NCBI GenBank assembly: GCA_028819235.1
Contig: JAPPMC010000172.1
Location: 21,366 to 85,365, forward strand
From: Bryobacterales bacterium
GTDB lineage: Bacteria > Acidobacteriota > Terriglobia > Bryobacterales > UBA6623
Length of the DNA stretch: 64,000 bases
Direction of reading: 5' to 3'
The translations under genes and the position numbers were made by a program. This document shows, piece by piece, positions 1 to 9,021 of this stretch (the first letter of the stretch is position 1; each line of letters opens with the position of its first letter). Under the pieces are notes generated by a model, which saw only the letters and a program-made list of their open reading frames with translations, had not been told where the DNA came from and did no database searches.

Positions 1-132
1 GAGCCGACTGGAGTGGCAAGCCTCGCAGCGCTCCACCAAGACGGGCCGGATCCGCCGCTCGAAGAACTCTGCTTCTGGGCTCTGGCCCATGGCCGCCGCG
101 GCCAGAGCCAGGGCGGAGCCCAGCGGCCTCAT
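1..132 (-). CDS. N-terminal fragment (44 codons, runs off the left edge) of a PSCyt1-type cytochrome c domain protein, probably another DUF1549/DUF1553 family member
   Basis: Minus-strand translation from ATG at 130-132 gives MRPLGSALALAAAAMGQSPEAEFFERRIRPVLVERCEACHSSRL. This is a signal peptide followed by a CEACH heme-type motif, in the same context as the two full-length PSCyt proteins here. The ATG overlaps the TGA of the upstream DUF1501 gene (ATGA, 129-132). It is absent from the ORF track because it is truncated. Confidence 0.55.
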   Translation of the reverse strand, partial: MRPLGSALALAAAAMGQSPEAEFFERRIRPVLVERCEACHSSRL

Positions 133-1514
133 GCCAGAAGTTCCCGGAGCACGGTGCCGTGAACGTCCGTTAGGCGAAAGTCGCGACCTGCGTAGCGGTA
201 GGTCAGCCGCTCATGGTCGAAGCCCAGCTGGTTGAGTATCGTGGCGTGAAGGTCATGGACGCTGACACGATCCTCGACGGCCTGAAAACCAAACTCGTCC
301 GTCTGGCCGTGCACAATGCCTCCTCGGACACCGCCACCCGCCATCCACATCGTGAAACCGTAGGGATTGTGGTCGCGGCCGTCCCCAGCCTCGGAGACCG
401 GGGTGCGACCGAACTCGCCGCCCCAGACAACGAGGGTCTCATCGAGCAGGCCTCGGCGCTTTAAGTCGCGGATGAGCGCGGCCGATGCCCGGTCCATGTC
501 CGGGCACCGTTCCCGTAGGTTCCTGTTGATCGTCTTGTGATCGTCCCAAGGCTGGCCCGGGCCGTAGTACAAATGCACGTAGCGCACTCCGCGCTCGACC
601 AGCCGGCGGGCGAGCAGGCATCCCCTGGCGTACGGCGTGTCCCCGTACTCTTCGCGCACTGCCGCGGGCTCGTTGCCAACGTCGAAGACGTCCAATGCCT
701 CGAACTGCATGCGGTACGCAGTCTCCATGGCCTGTATGCGGGCGTCCAGATAGCTATCTCCCCCGACGCTTTCCCTGTGCTGCCGGTTGAGTGCCTGAAT
801 CAGGTCCAACTGCAGGCGTTGCGCGTCCGCTCCGAGAGCGTCGTTGCGCAGGTACCGGATCATTCGCTCGGGATCCGCATCGGTGTTGTCGAAGTGGGTT
901 CCCTGGTGCTCCGCCGGAAGGAAGGCCGATCGCCACAGGTTTCCGCCCCGGTGACCGGGACTGAGGACCACGAAACCTGGAAGGTTGCGGTTCTCGGTCC
1001 CCAAACCGTAGGAAATCCAGGCCCCCAGAGATGGGCGGGTGGCGGCGATGTTCCCGGAGTGGATCAGGTTGCGCGCAGGACCGTGGGTCGGGTTGAAGGT
1101 GTACATGGAGCGGATTACGCACAGCTCGTCCACGACGCCCCCGAGTTCGGGCAAGAGCTCGCTGACCTCGATGCCACTCTTGCCACGCTTCCGGAACTCG
1201 AACGGCGACGGAAGCAGACCTCCGGTCATCCGCTCCGTGCGCAGGTCCACCGACTCTGGACGCTCGCCCGCGTAGCGGAGCAGAGCCGGCTTCGGGTCCA
1301 ACATGTCCATGTGGGACGGTCCGCCCGTCATGAACAGGAACACCAGGTGCTTCGCGCGCGGCGCGAAGTGCGGACCGGCAGGGCTGGAATTGGGAGCCCC
1401 GGTGAGCTGCTCCTGCAGCATCCCGGCCAATCCTACGGCGCCGAATCCGCCGCACAGCGAGCCGACCAGCTGCCTGCGGGAGAGGCGGGTTCCCGGCGGG
1501 GTGGCGTCTGGCAT
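129..1514 (-). CDS. DUF1501 domain protein (sulfatase/alkaline-phosphatase-like fold, Tat signal)
   Basis: 461-aa ORF. N-terminal twin-arginine motif SRRQLVGSL. Typical DUF1501 blocks are present (FLFMTGGPSHMDMLDPKP, GRDHNPYGFTMWMAGGG, LHATILNQLGFDHERLTY). It is a paralogue of the ORFs at 4286-5707 and 27744-29177. Confidence 0.9.
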   Translation of the reverse strand: MPDATPPGTRLSRRQLVGSLCGGFGAVGLAGMLQEQLTGAPNSSPAGPHFAPRAKHLVFLFMTGGPSHMDMLDPKPALLRYAGERPESVDLRTERMTGGLLPSPFEFRKRGKSGIEVSELLPELGGVVDELCVIRSMYTFNPTHGPARNLIHSGNIAATRPSLGAWISYGLGTENRNLPGFVVLSPGHRGGNLWRSAFLPAEHQGTHFDNTDADPERMIRYLRNDALGADAQRLQLDLIQALNRQHRESVGGDSYLDARIQAMETAYRMQFEALDVFDVGNEPAAVREEYGDTPYARGCLLARRLVERGVRYVHLYYGPGQPWDDHKTINRNLRERCPDMDRASAALIRDLKRRGLLDETLVVWGGEFGRTPVSEAGDGRDHNPYGFTMWMAGGGVRGGIVHGQTDEFGFQAVEDRVSVHDLHATILNQLGFDHERLTYRYAGRDFRLTDVHGTVLRELLA

Positions 1515-1588
1515 TCGAGTCGAGTATATCGGACGACTCCCAGAGCGACGTGCCGTAGGGCTCCGGACCGGGCCCGGCGCGGCCCGCG

Positions 1589-4135
1589 CTAGTACTCGAT
1601 CTCGAACACGGCCCGGATCTTTCTCTTGATTCCACGGTAGAAGACTCCGTGATGGGCGCTTACGAAGTTCTCTTGGACGTCTTGCGGATTGAAGTTGTTG
1701 AGCAAGTTGAAGAGCCGGATCCCGGTACGGAATATGCGGTCCTTCCCGCGGAACGGAATTCGCAGCCTCTTCGTCACCTGTAGGTCCAAGGCGTTATACA
1801 GCGGGAATCGGCCGGCCCTGTTGCGCGGACTCACGAACCGGCGCAGTTCGTCAATCCGCGAATGCGGGAAACCGCTGCGGACGTCCCAGACCGGGATGGA
1901 CTTGATTCCGAATGGCAGGTCAAACTCCGTCCAGGCCAGCAGGCGGTGCGGCACGTCGAATCGGAGGGGGGCGCGTTCGTTCGGTTGGATCAGCGCCGAA
2001 GGAGTGGGGCCGTATATCGCTCCAATGTCGTTCAGGTCACCATACGAGCTGGACTTGACGTACGACAAGGTGAGGTGTCCCGTTCCTCTGAGCCTGTAGC
2101 GGACGGATGCCTGGAATTCCCGGTACAGGTCGGCCCCATCGTTGTTCATCACCAATTCGGAGCCCCTTCCATCGGCCAGCCGAGCTGGGTTGACGAGGAA
2201 GTTGGAGGTTGTCCGCCGAAACTGGTACCCGGCCCGGACGAAGAGGTTGTCCACAAGCTCATGGTCGAGCTGCACGTTCCAGCCCAAACTGCGCGCGTTG
2301 CGCAAGGGTTCAGTGAGACGGGCCTCGAAGGTGTCCCTCGACACGATCTCGCCGAAGGGGCCGAACACAGTCTCCGTCCGGTAGGGGAGCTGCTCGAACG
2401 TCGGGACGAGCAGGCTGATCCGGTCCACGAACAGACCCGAGCCTCCCCGCAGCACGGTGCGCGCCCGGCTGCCGATGGCATACGCAAAGCCAAACCGATA
2501 GGACGGGTTCCAGCGGTTGGACAGTGAGTCGCGCTCCAAGCGCCCGCCGATATCCAAGGTTAGGCTGTCGTTAACCATCCACTTGTCCTGCAAGAAAGTC
2601 GCCATGTCGACCTTGCTCGCAAGCACCCTCGCGGGATCCCCATATGTCAACTCCCTTACGGGGAAGCCGGCTGCACCCAGCCATGTCACGGGGTTGTAGG
2701 TGTGCATGCCGTCATAGCGCTCCCAGCCCACGTCGAAGCCCGTCTTGAGCATGTGCTTGCCGAGAGGCCGGAAGGTATACAGCTCCGAGAGCTTGCGTCT
2801 GCTGGTGGCACGCGCTTGACGGTTGAAGAACGACCCCGCCGCGCGGTCGATCCCGATCACGCTCGGGTGGTAGCCCAAAGGCTTCACGTCATTCTCCAGG
2901 TCCTGGATGGAAAAATGCGACAGCAGCACCCCCCCGGAAGCGAACTCGTGAGTGTCCTTGACCGTGTACAAGAAGGCCCGCTTTCGCAGATCCGCGGTCG
3001 AGGGCTGGGGAGTGAAGGCGTTCAGGCCGAAGTAGCTGAACTTCTCGGGATAGACCAAGGCCGTTAGAGAGACGCGATTGCGGTCCGATACTGAGACGTC
3101 GAACTGGTTGAAGATGGTCAGCATCTCGCGCTCGACGTCACGCTCGAACAGGGGCAGGTTCGCATCCTCCTGGTCGGCGCGAACGAACTGGTACTCCGTG
3201 GCGTGCAGCCATGCGACCCGGTTCGAGATCAGCGGAATGTTGAGCGTCAGCCGAGGCGTGCTGGACTCGACTCCCGAGACGCGGCCCGCCCGTCGGCGCG
3301 GCCGGGGAGTGAAGTTCTGCAGCTCGAACTGGAATTCGGTCGGATCCGCCGCTATGGTCTCCACGGTTGACATCGCCCCGGCGAAGCCGCCGTACTGCGC
3401 ATCGTACGGGCTGGAGAGAACCTCAACGCTGGAGACAACCGTTAGCGGAAGGGTCATCTCGGAAGTGCGCGCTACGGGGTCGGTGACGTCGATGTTGTTC
3501 AGCTGGGATCCGCTCTGCGTGGCGCGCACGCCGTTCATGTTGATCTCCCCTGCACGCCCTCGGAGCACGCCCGGGATGAGGGGCATGACATCCTCCACGC
3601 TGCGATTTGCCGCCGGGGCGTTGTAGAAGGTCGAGATCCCGACCGACCCTGACGTGGTGGTTTCGGTTGTGTCGATCTCGATTGCCGATGCGGTGACCTC
3701 CACGCTCTCCACGACCGTCTCCACCTCCATGGAGATATCCAAGCGCAGGCTCTCCTCGTCGGCGGGGACGCAGGTGATCTCCGACTGTCCCGCCATGCCC
3801 GGTGCCGCAGCGATCAGTAGGTAGCACCCATCGGGAACAGCCTCGAACCGGAAGAGACCGAGTTCGTCGGATTCGGCGGTCGCCGGGACGGCATCCTCGG
3901 CAGAAACGGAGTGCAGTTCGACGATCGCGCCCGGCACGCCAAAGTGCTCGCCCGCGGAACCCTCGATGTACGCCTGCCCAACGATGACCTGTCCGGAGGT
4001 TTGCGCCCGGATGTCCTGCGGCGCCAAGAGTGCGGCAAATACTGCGGTTGCCGAGACCAAACTTCGACGCGCCTTAAGGACAGTCGCGCACCCGAGGGCC
4101 AATCCTTCCGCCAGTCCAGCCCCGGTCACTTGCAT
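1589..4135 (-). CDS. TonB-dependent receptor with N-terminal carboxypeptidase-regulatory-like domain
   Basis: Long ORF ending in the beta-barrel terminal motif (...RAVFEIEY). The N-terminus has a signal-like AVFAALLAPQDIRAQ followed by a CarboxypepD_reg-like beta-sandwich (GAIVELHSVS..., GCYLLIAAAPGMAG). Start taken at the internal ATG (MQVTGAG...). The track ORF extends to 4276, but that extension is Arg-rich and unlikely to be coding. Confidence 0.85.
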   Translation of the reverse strand: MQVTGAGLAEGLALGCATVLKARRSLVSATAVFAALLAPQDIRAQTSGQVIVGQAYIEGSAGEHFGVPGAIVELHSVSAEDAVPATAESDELGLFRFEAVPDGCYLLIAAAPGMAGQSEITCVPADEESLRLDISMEVETVVESVEVTASAIEIDTTETTTSGSVGISTFYNAPAANRSVEDVMPLIPGVLRGRAGEINMNGVRATQSGSQLNNIDVTDPVARTSEMTLPLTVVSSVEVLSSPYDAQYGGFAGAMSTVETIAADPTEFQFELQNFTPRPRRRAGRVSGVESSTPRLTLNIPLISNRVAWLHATEYQFVRADQEDANLPLFERDVEREMLTIFNQFDVSVSDRNRVSLTALVYPEKFSYFGLNAFTPQPSTADLRKRAFLYTVKDTHEFASGGVLLSHFSIQDLENDVKPLGYHPSVIGIDRAAGSFFNRQARATSRRKLSELYTFRPLGKHMLKTGFDVGWERYDGMHTYNPVTWLGAAGFPVRELTYGDPARVLASKVDMATFLQDKWMVNDSLTLDIGGRLERDSLSNRWNPSYRFGFAYAIGSRARTVLRGGSGLFVDRISLLVPTFEQLPYRTETVFGPFGEIVSRDTFEARLTEPLRNARSLGWNVQLDHELVDNLFVRAGYQFRRTTSNFLVNPARLADGRGSELVMNNDGADLYREFQASVRYRLRGTGHLTLSYVKSSSYGDLNDIGAIYGPTPSALIQPNERAPLRFDVPHRLLAWTEFDLPFGIKSIPVWDVRSGFPHSRIDELRRFVSPRNRAGRFPLYNALDLQVTKRLRIPFRGKDRIFRTGIRLFNLLNNFNPQDVQENFVSAHHGVFYRGIKRKIRAVFEIEY

Positions 4136-4285
4136 CCGACTTGCCACTGGCGAGTTAGGCCGCGCCGACCACCGATCGGGCACAACTCGCCGCCGAGGGC
4201 AGCGAGTCCGGCTCCTAAGTGTTGAGACGCACGACGCCCGGGAAGGGGTACGTGCGTGTCCGGCCTCGACCGCCACGCGGCCGAC

Positions 4286-5707
4286 CTACGCGACTAGCTC
4301 GCGAATCAACTCGCCCCCGGTCTGGCTGAGCTGCTTGTCCCGTCCTTGGGCGAAATACGTCAGCCTCGCGTCGTCGAGCCCCAGCAGGTGTAGCAGCGTG
4401 ACGTGCATGTTCTTGATGGGATGCACGACCTCGACGGCCGTCCGGCCGGTCTCGTCGGTGGCCCCGATGATCCTGCCCCGGGGCGCTCCACCGCCAGCCA
4501 TCCAGAAGGGCATTGCCGGCGCATTGTGGTCGCGGCCGAACCTAGTACCGCCGCCGCGGACACCGTTATCCGGCGAACGGCCGAACTCGCCAGCCCATAC
4601 GACGAGAGTCTCGTCGAGAAGCCCAGTGCGCTTCAGATCCTTCAACAGTGCCGCGATTGGCCGGTCGATCGCGTCCAGCCGCGAGCCGTGGGCCTTCTCG
4701 ATGTAGTCGTGCGAATCCCACCCTGACACGATCACTTGGACGAAACGCACCCCGCGCTCGACCAGCCTCCGAGCCAGAAGGCACCGGCGTGCGATGGAGT
4801 CGACCTCCGGATCACCGGAGCCTACCCCGTACATTTCCTTCGTCGGCTCGCTCTCGGCGTCGATCCTGATGGCCTCCGGCATTTCCGCCTGCATGCGGAA
4901 CGCAAGCTCGTAGCTCTCAATGCGCGACGCTAGTTCCTTGTGTTCGGGACGCCGGGCCATATGTGCGCGGTTGAGCCGGCCCAGGAGCTCGAGCGTCTTC
5001 TGCTGCTGGACTTCGGTAACGTATCCGGGAGGCGCCATGTCCAGCACGGGCGCGCCTTGGGACCGCAAGGGTGTTCCCTGGTAGTGTGCGGGGAGAAACC
5101 CGTTCGACCAGTTGCCCGCGCCTCCTTGCGGGTACGCATGGTCCGGCAGGACCACAAAGGCGGGGAGATTCTCGTTCTCGGTCCCAAGGCCATAGGTAAC
5201 CCACGAGCCGATCGCCGGGTCGCCTCCGAAGCGGTTTCCCGTGTTGAGGTGGTATAGCGCCGTTGGGTGGTTGACGGAAGTGGCCTGGAGACCGCGGTAG
5301 AAACAGACATCGTCGACGCAGTCGGCGAAGTTGCGCAGCTTCGCGTTGATCTCGATCCCCAGCTTGCCGGCGCGGCGGAACTCGAAGGGGCTCTGCACGA
5401 AGTACCGCTTGCCGGTGTTCATGCTGGCCTCGAAGGCGTTCCGCTCCTTCACGAACTCCTTCAAGTGCAGATCGGCAAGCTTGGGCTTCGGGTCAAAGGT
5501 GTCGATGTGGCTCGGACCGCCTTCCATGAGCAGGAATATGCAGCTCTTCGCCTTGGCATCGTGGTGGCCCGGCCTTGGCGCCAGTTCCCCGCCCCGGGCG
5601 CGTTCGCGCGCCAGTAGCCCTGTCAGGGCGATGGACCCCAAGCCCATACCGGAGTGGTAGAGGAGGTCCCTTCGGGAAGGAGTAGCGGTTATGACGCGGC
5701 GGTTCAT
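4286..5707 (-). CDS. DUF1501 domain protein (Tat signal)
   Basis: 473-aa ORF. Tat motif SRRDLLYHSGMGLG. DUF1501 blocks present (FLLMEGGPSHIDTFDPKP, GRDHNAPAMPFWMAGGG, MHVTLLHLLGLDDARLTY). Its start lies 2 nt after the stop of the upstream PSCyt/DUF1553 gene. Confidence 0.9.
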   Translation of the reverse strand: MNRRVITATPSRRDLLYHSGMGLGSIALTGLLARERARGGELAPRPGHHDAKAKSCIFLLMEGGPSHIDTFDPKPKLADLHLKEFVKERNAFEASMNTGKRYFVQSPFEFRRAGKLGIEINAKLRNFADCVDDVCFYRGLQATSVNHPTALYHLNTGNRFGGDPAIGSWVTYGLGTENENLPAFVVLPDHAYPQGGAGNWSNGFLPAHYQGTPLRSQGAPVLDMAPPGYVTEVQQQKTLELLGRLNRAHMARRPEHKELASRIESYELAFRMQAEMPEAIRIDAESEPTKEMYGVGSGDPEVDSIARRCLLARRLVERGVRFVQVIVSGWDSHDYIEKAHGSRLDAIDRPIAALLKDLKRTGLLDETLVVWAGEFGRSPDNGVRGGGTRFGRDHNAPAMPFWMAGGGAPRGRIIGATDETGRTAVEVVHPIKNMHVTLLHLLGLDDARLTYFAQGRDKQLSQTGGELIRELVA

Positions 5708-5709
5708 GG

Positions 5710-8430
5710 TCAGTACACGTAGATGAATTCGTTGGAGTTGAACAATGTCAACGCCAGGTCGGCCAGCGCCCGGGTCTTGGGAGTGGCCTCGCTCGGGTGC
5801 GGGTTGTGCTCGTAGGGCCCCGTATAGGCTGGCTGTACGAATGCGAACCTTTCGCCGGTGAGTTCGCTGGTGATGTCGTGCACGACGTCGGCGGGTGACT
5901 CACGCGGCGGTACGGGGCTCTGCACGTGGTGCGCTGTCATGTCGCCGAGGAAGTCCTCGGCCAGCGACTTCTCGGAATGCGTTGGCGGCCGGGAGTAGGC
6001 CAGTCGGAATGCGGCATCCACGGGATTGCCGGGCACCTCGGCCGCAAGGCGCTCGGCCATGATGAGCGCAACCTCCCGCGACTGCTCGGAGTTGAGCAGG
6101 GCGAACGCCTGTGTGGGGACGGTCGAAGCCTCCCGACGCTCGCAGGTTAGGTCGGGATTCGCCCCGTTGAAGGCCTCGACCATAGGATCCAACAGGCTGC
6201 GCTGCTGAAAGCTATAGATGGATCGCCGGTTGCGCCGGCGTCGCGTGGGCTCCGCCTCGTACAGCGGCCGCAGAGTGCCCATGGCATGGCGGGGCTGCAT
6301 GGCCACATCTGAGTTGATCTGGGGATAGGTCCCGGGGCCGCCAGTCATGTCGCTGAGCTCTCCCGAAACAGCGAGGATGCTGTCGCGCAACTCCTCGGCG
6401 GTCAGCCTCCGGGGCGAGAATCTGGCCAAGTAGGCATTGTCTGGATCTGCGCGGTCCAGCAGCGAACTGTCAGGATGCCGGCCAGAGCGTTGGTAAACCT
6501 CCGAGTAGAGGATCACACGGTGAACGGCCTTGACGCTCCAGCCCTGCTGGACGAAGAACGTTGCCAGCCAGTCGAGTAGTTCCGGGTGCGATGGCTTACC
6601 GCCCATCTTGCCGAAATTGTTGGCGTTGGCGGCAAGTCCTCGACCGAAGTGGTGCTGCCAGATGCGGTTCACCATCACCCTTGCCGTAAGCGGGTTTCGC
6701 GGATCTGCAATCCACTTTGCGAGCGCGGAGCGGCGCCCCTCCATTCCATCGGGCATGTCGGGTGGCGCCAGTCCGGAATAGCGTTCGACGGCCTCTAGGG
6801 CGCCAGGCGCGACCTCCTCGGCCGGGGACTGAATGTCGCCCCCAACAAGGATGTGGGTCTTGGCCTGCCGGTAGTCTTCAGGCTTGAGGTAGCTGTTGCG
6901 CGATGCGACTACGTCCCATTCCGGCACGAGGCCGTTGCTGACGGCCATCGCCAGAGCCTCGAACCGAAGCAGCGAGAGCTTGTGCATCGTCACGCGCTTG
7001 CGCAGGAGCTTGAGAAGCTCTGCTTGCTCCCGCTTGTCTGTGTAGCCCTGGAGAACACCGCTGCTCGCCGCCTTGGCCACCTCGGCGCCCTTCACCGCCG
7101 CCAATCGCTGCCGGGCCGCTTCATGGATGTGGTCCATCCGGCTCTGCAGCTTGGCCAAGCGAGCCTGGAACGGTGCCCGCCCCTCTTCGAGGCCATCCGT
7201 CTGCTCGTCCGGCAGGAATGCCAACGGTCGCCGGGCGAACGCCGTCCCAGCAAAGACCGCCTGCATACGGTAGTAGTCCTTGATTGGGATTGGGTCGAAT
7301 TTGTGGTCGTGGCAGCGGGCGCAGCCGAGGGTCATCGCCAAGAAGGTCTGCCCAACATGGTGGGTTACATCGTCCATGAAGAGCTGGCGAGTAACCGCGG
7401 CCACGGCCATGCCTGTGTGCTCCCACGGCCCTGTGCGCAGGAAACCGGTGGCGATGAGGGCCTCCGGCTCCTGCGGGAACAGCTCGTCGCCCGCAATCTG
7501 CTCCAGAACGAAGCGGTCGTATGGCTTGTCGCCATTGAAGCTGCGTATGACATAGTCGCGGTAGCGCCAAGCGTTCGGCCATTCGAAGTCGTTCGAGTAA
7601 CCGGCCGTGTCCGCGTACCTGGTGACGTCCAGCCAGTGCCGGGCCCAGCGCTCCCCATAGCGCGGAGAGTCCAGCAGTCGTTCGACAAGTGACTTGTAAG
7701 CACCGGACGAGCGGTCATTGAGGAAGTCCGCAACCTCCTCAGGGGTCGGGGGCAAGCCGGTTAGGTCATAGGTGACGCGACGGATCAGAGTGACCTTGTC
7801 CGCCCTTGGTGCTGGCTCAATGCCCTCTTCTGCGAGCCTTGCTAGGACGAAGCTGTCAACCGGAGTGCGCACTCCTGCGGCATCGACGCCCTCGATGGGA
7901 GGAGCCGGATTCCCGACTGGCCGAAATGCCCACAGGTCCTCCTCGGCAAACTCCCAGTTGGGAGTAGCGTCGGTAGCGTCGGCCCGGGTATAGGAGGCCC
8001 CTGCTTCGACCCAGGCCCGAAACGCTTCGCGCACTTCCGGGGCAAGGCGCTTCTCGGCCCCGCCCGGCGGCATCTTCAGGTCTCCGCGGTGGTCAATGGC
8101 CGAGATCAGCAAGCTGGCGGCAGGGTTCCCGCTGACGATCGCCGGGCCCCGGTCACCGCCGCGGATCGCCCCTTCTCGAGTGCGCAGATCAAGGTTTGCG
8201 AAGGTGTTCGCTTCACCGTGGCAGCCAAGGCAGTTCTGCTTCAGTGTCGGCTGCACCGTCTCCGAGAACAGGTCAGACTGTGCCGGCGCCGCTGCCAGCC
8301 AGCCGACAGGCCCCAACAGCGAGCCCCAAGCCACGACGCACCGAGACCAGTCCGTCCACGCCACATGCACCGACCTAGCGTCTGTGAACGCCACTCCGAG
8401 TCCGGCCCCTCTTAGGTTCATCCTCTCCAA
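5710..8430 (-). CDS. PSCyt1 cytochrome c + DUF1549 + DUF1553 (PSD1) protein
   Basis: 906-aa ORF. Contains CLGCHG heme-type motif near the N-terminus, a DUF1549 block (HWLDVTRYADTAGYSNDFEWPNAWRYRDYVI), a DUF1553 block (CARCHDHKFDPIPIKDYYRMQAVF) and a PSD1-like C-terminus (LFNSNEFIYVY). Confidence 0.9.
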   Translation of the reverse strand: MERMNLRGAGLGVAFTDARSVHVAWTDWSRCVVAWGSLLGPVGWLAAAPAQSDLFSETVQPTLKQNCLGCHGEANTFANLDLRTREGAIRGGDRGPAIVSGNPAASLLISAIDHRGDLKMPPGGAEKRLAPEVREAFRAWVEAGASYTRADATDATPNWEFAEEDLWAFRPVGNPAPPIEGVDAAGVRTPVDSFVLARLAEEGIEPAPRADKVTLIRRVTYDLTGLPPTPEEVADFLNDRSSGAYKSLVERLLDSPRYGERWARHWLDVTRYADTAGYSNDFEWPNAWRYRDYVIRSFNGDKPYDRFVLEQIAGDELFPQEPEALIATGFLRTGPWEHTGMAVAAVTRQLFMDDVTHHVGQTFLAMTLGCARCHDHKFDPIPIKDYYRMQAVFAGTAFARRPLAFLPDEQTDGLEEGRAPFQARLAKLQSRMDHIHEAARQRLAAVKGAEVAKAASSGVLQGYTDKREQAELLKLLRKRVTMHKLSLLRFEALAMAVSNGLVPEWDVVASRNSYLKPEDYRQAKTHILVGGDIQSPAEEVAPGALEAVERYSGLAPPDMPDGMEGRRSALAKWIADPRNPLTARVMVNRIWQHHFGRGLAANANNFGKMGGKPSHPELLDWLATFFVQQGWSVKAVHRVILYSEVYQRSGRHPDSSLLDRADPDNAYLARFSPRRLTAEELRDSILAVSGELSDMTGGPGTYPQINSDVAMQPRHAMGTLRPLYEAEPTRRRRNRRSIYSFQQRSLLDPMVEAFNGANPDLTCERREASTVPTQAFALLNSEQSREVALIMAERLAAEVPGNPVDAAFRLAYSRPPTHSEKSLAEDFLGDMTAHHVQSPVPPRESPADVVHDITSELTGERFAFVQPAYTGPYEHNPHPSEATPKTRALADLALTLFNSNEFIYVY

Positions 8431-9021
8431 AACCCCGACGCCGATCCACCAAGATTGTAGCCTCCCAATCCAATCACTGCCAGACCTGTGCCCACCCGAT
8501 CGGAGGTCGGCCGGCCGATGCGGACCTTAGAACGGATTACGGTCGAGAGGCCCGAGCGACTAGGGCCGAGGGGGCGAACGTAGGCAATGGGGCAGAATTG
8601 TGGCGCCGTGCGCAGACAGGCTGGGGAAGGTCTCTCGTGCAGCCGCTCAATTGCTCTTCTCTTTCGCGCTGCCCCCTCCATTCCCACCGATCCGCCACCG
8701 GAGTAGTCCGCGGCGGCGTCCGGGAACGCGCCCGGAAGCCTGGATCCGGCATCCGCTTGTTCGATTCCTGGGCCGGATGCAGCACCGCCACGGAGGGTCT
8801 GAAGGGACAAGTGTCGGGTTCGACACCTGATTGGCGACTCTGGACGCCGAACGGCCGCCACGCCCCCGCGAGAGGGCTCGCCCGCAGCACGGTCGTGCCC
8901 AGAGAGCCCGTGGTACAGTTGTAAAAATCTCTGAGTTGCGTCCATTACGCGGTTCGGAGCCGCATGCCCAACGGCTGAGCACCCCCCCGTCCATTCCAAA
9001 GGAGATCCAAGAAATCCACTC

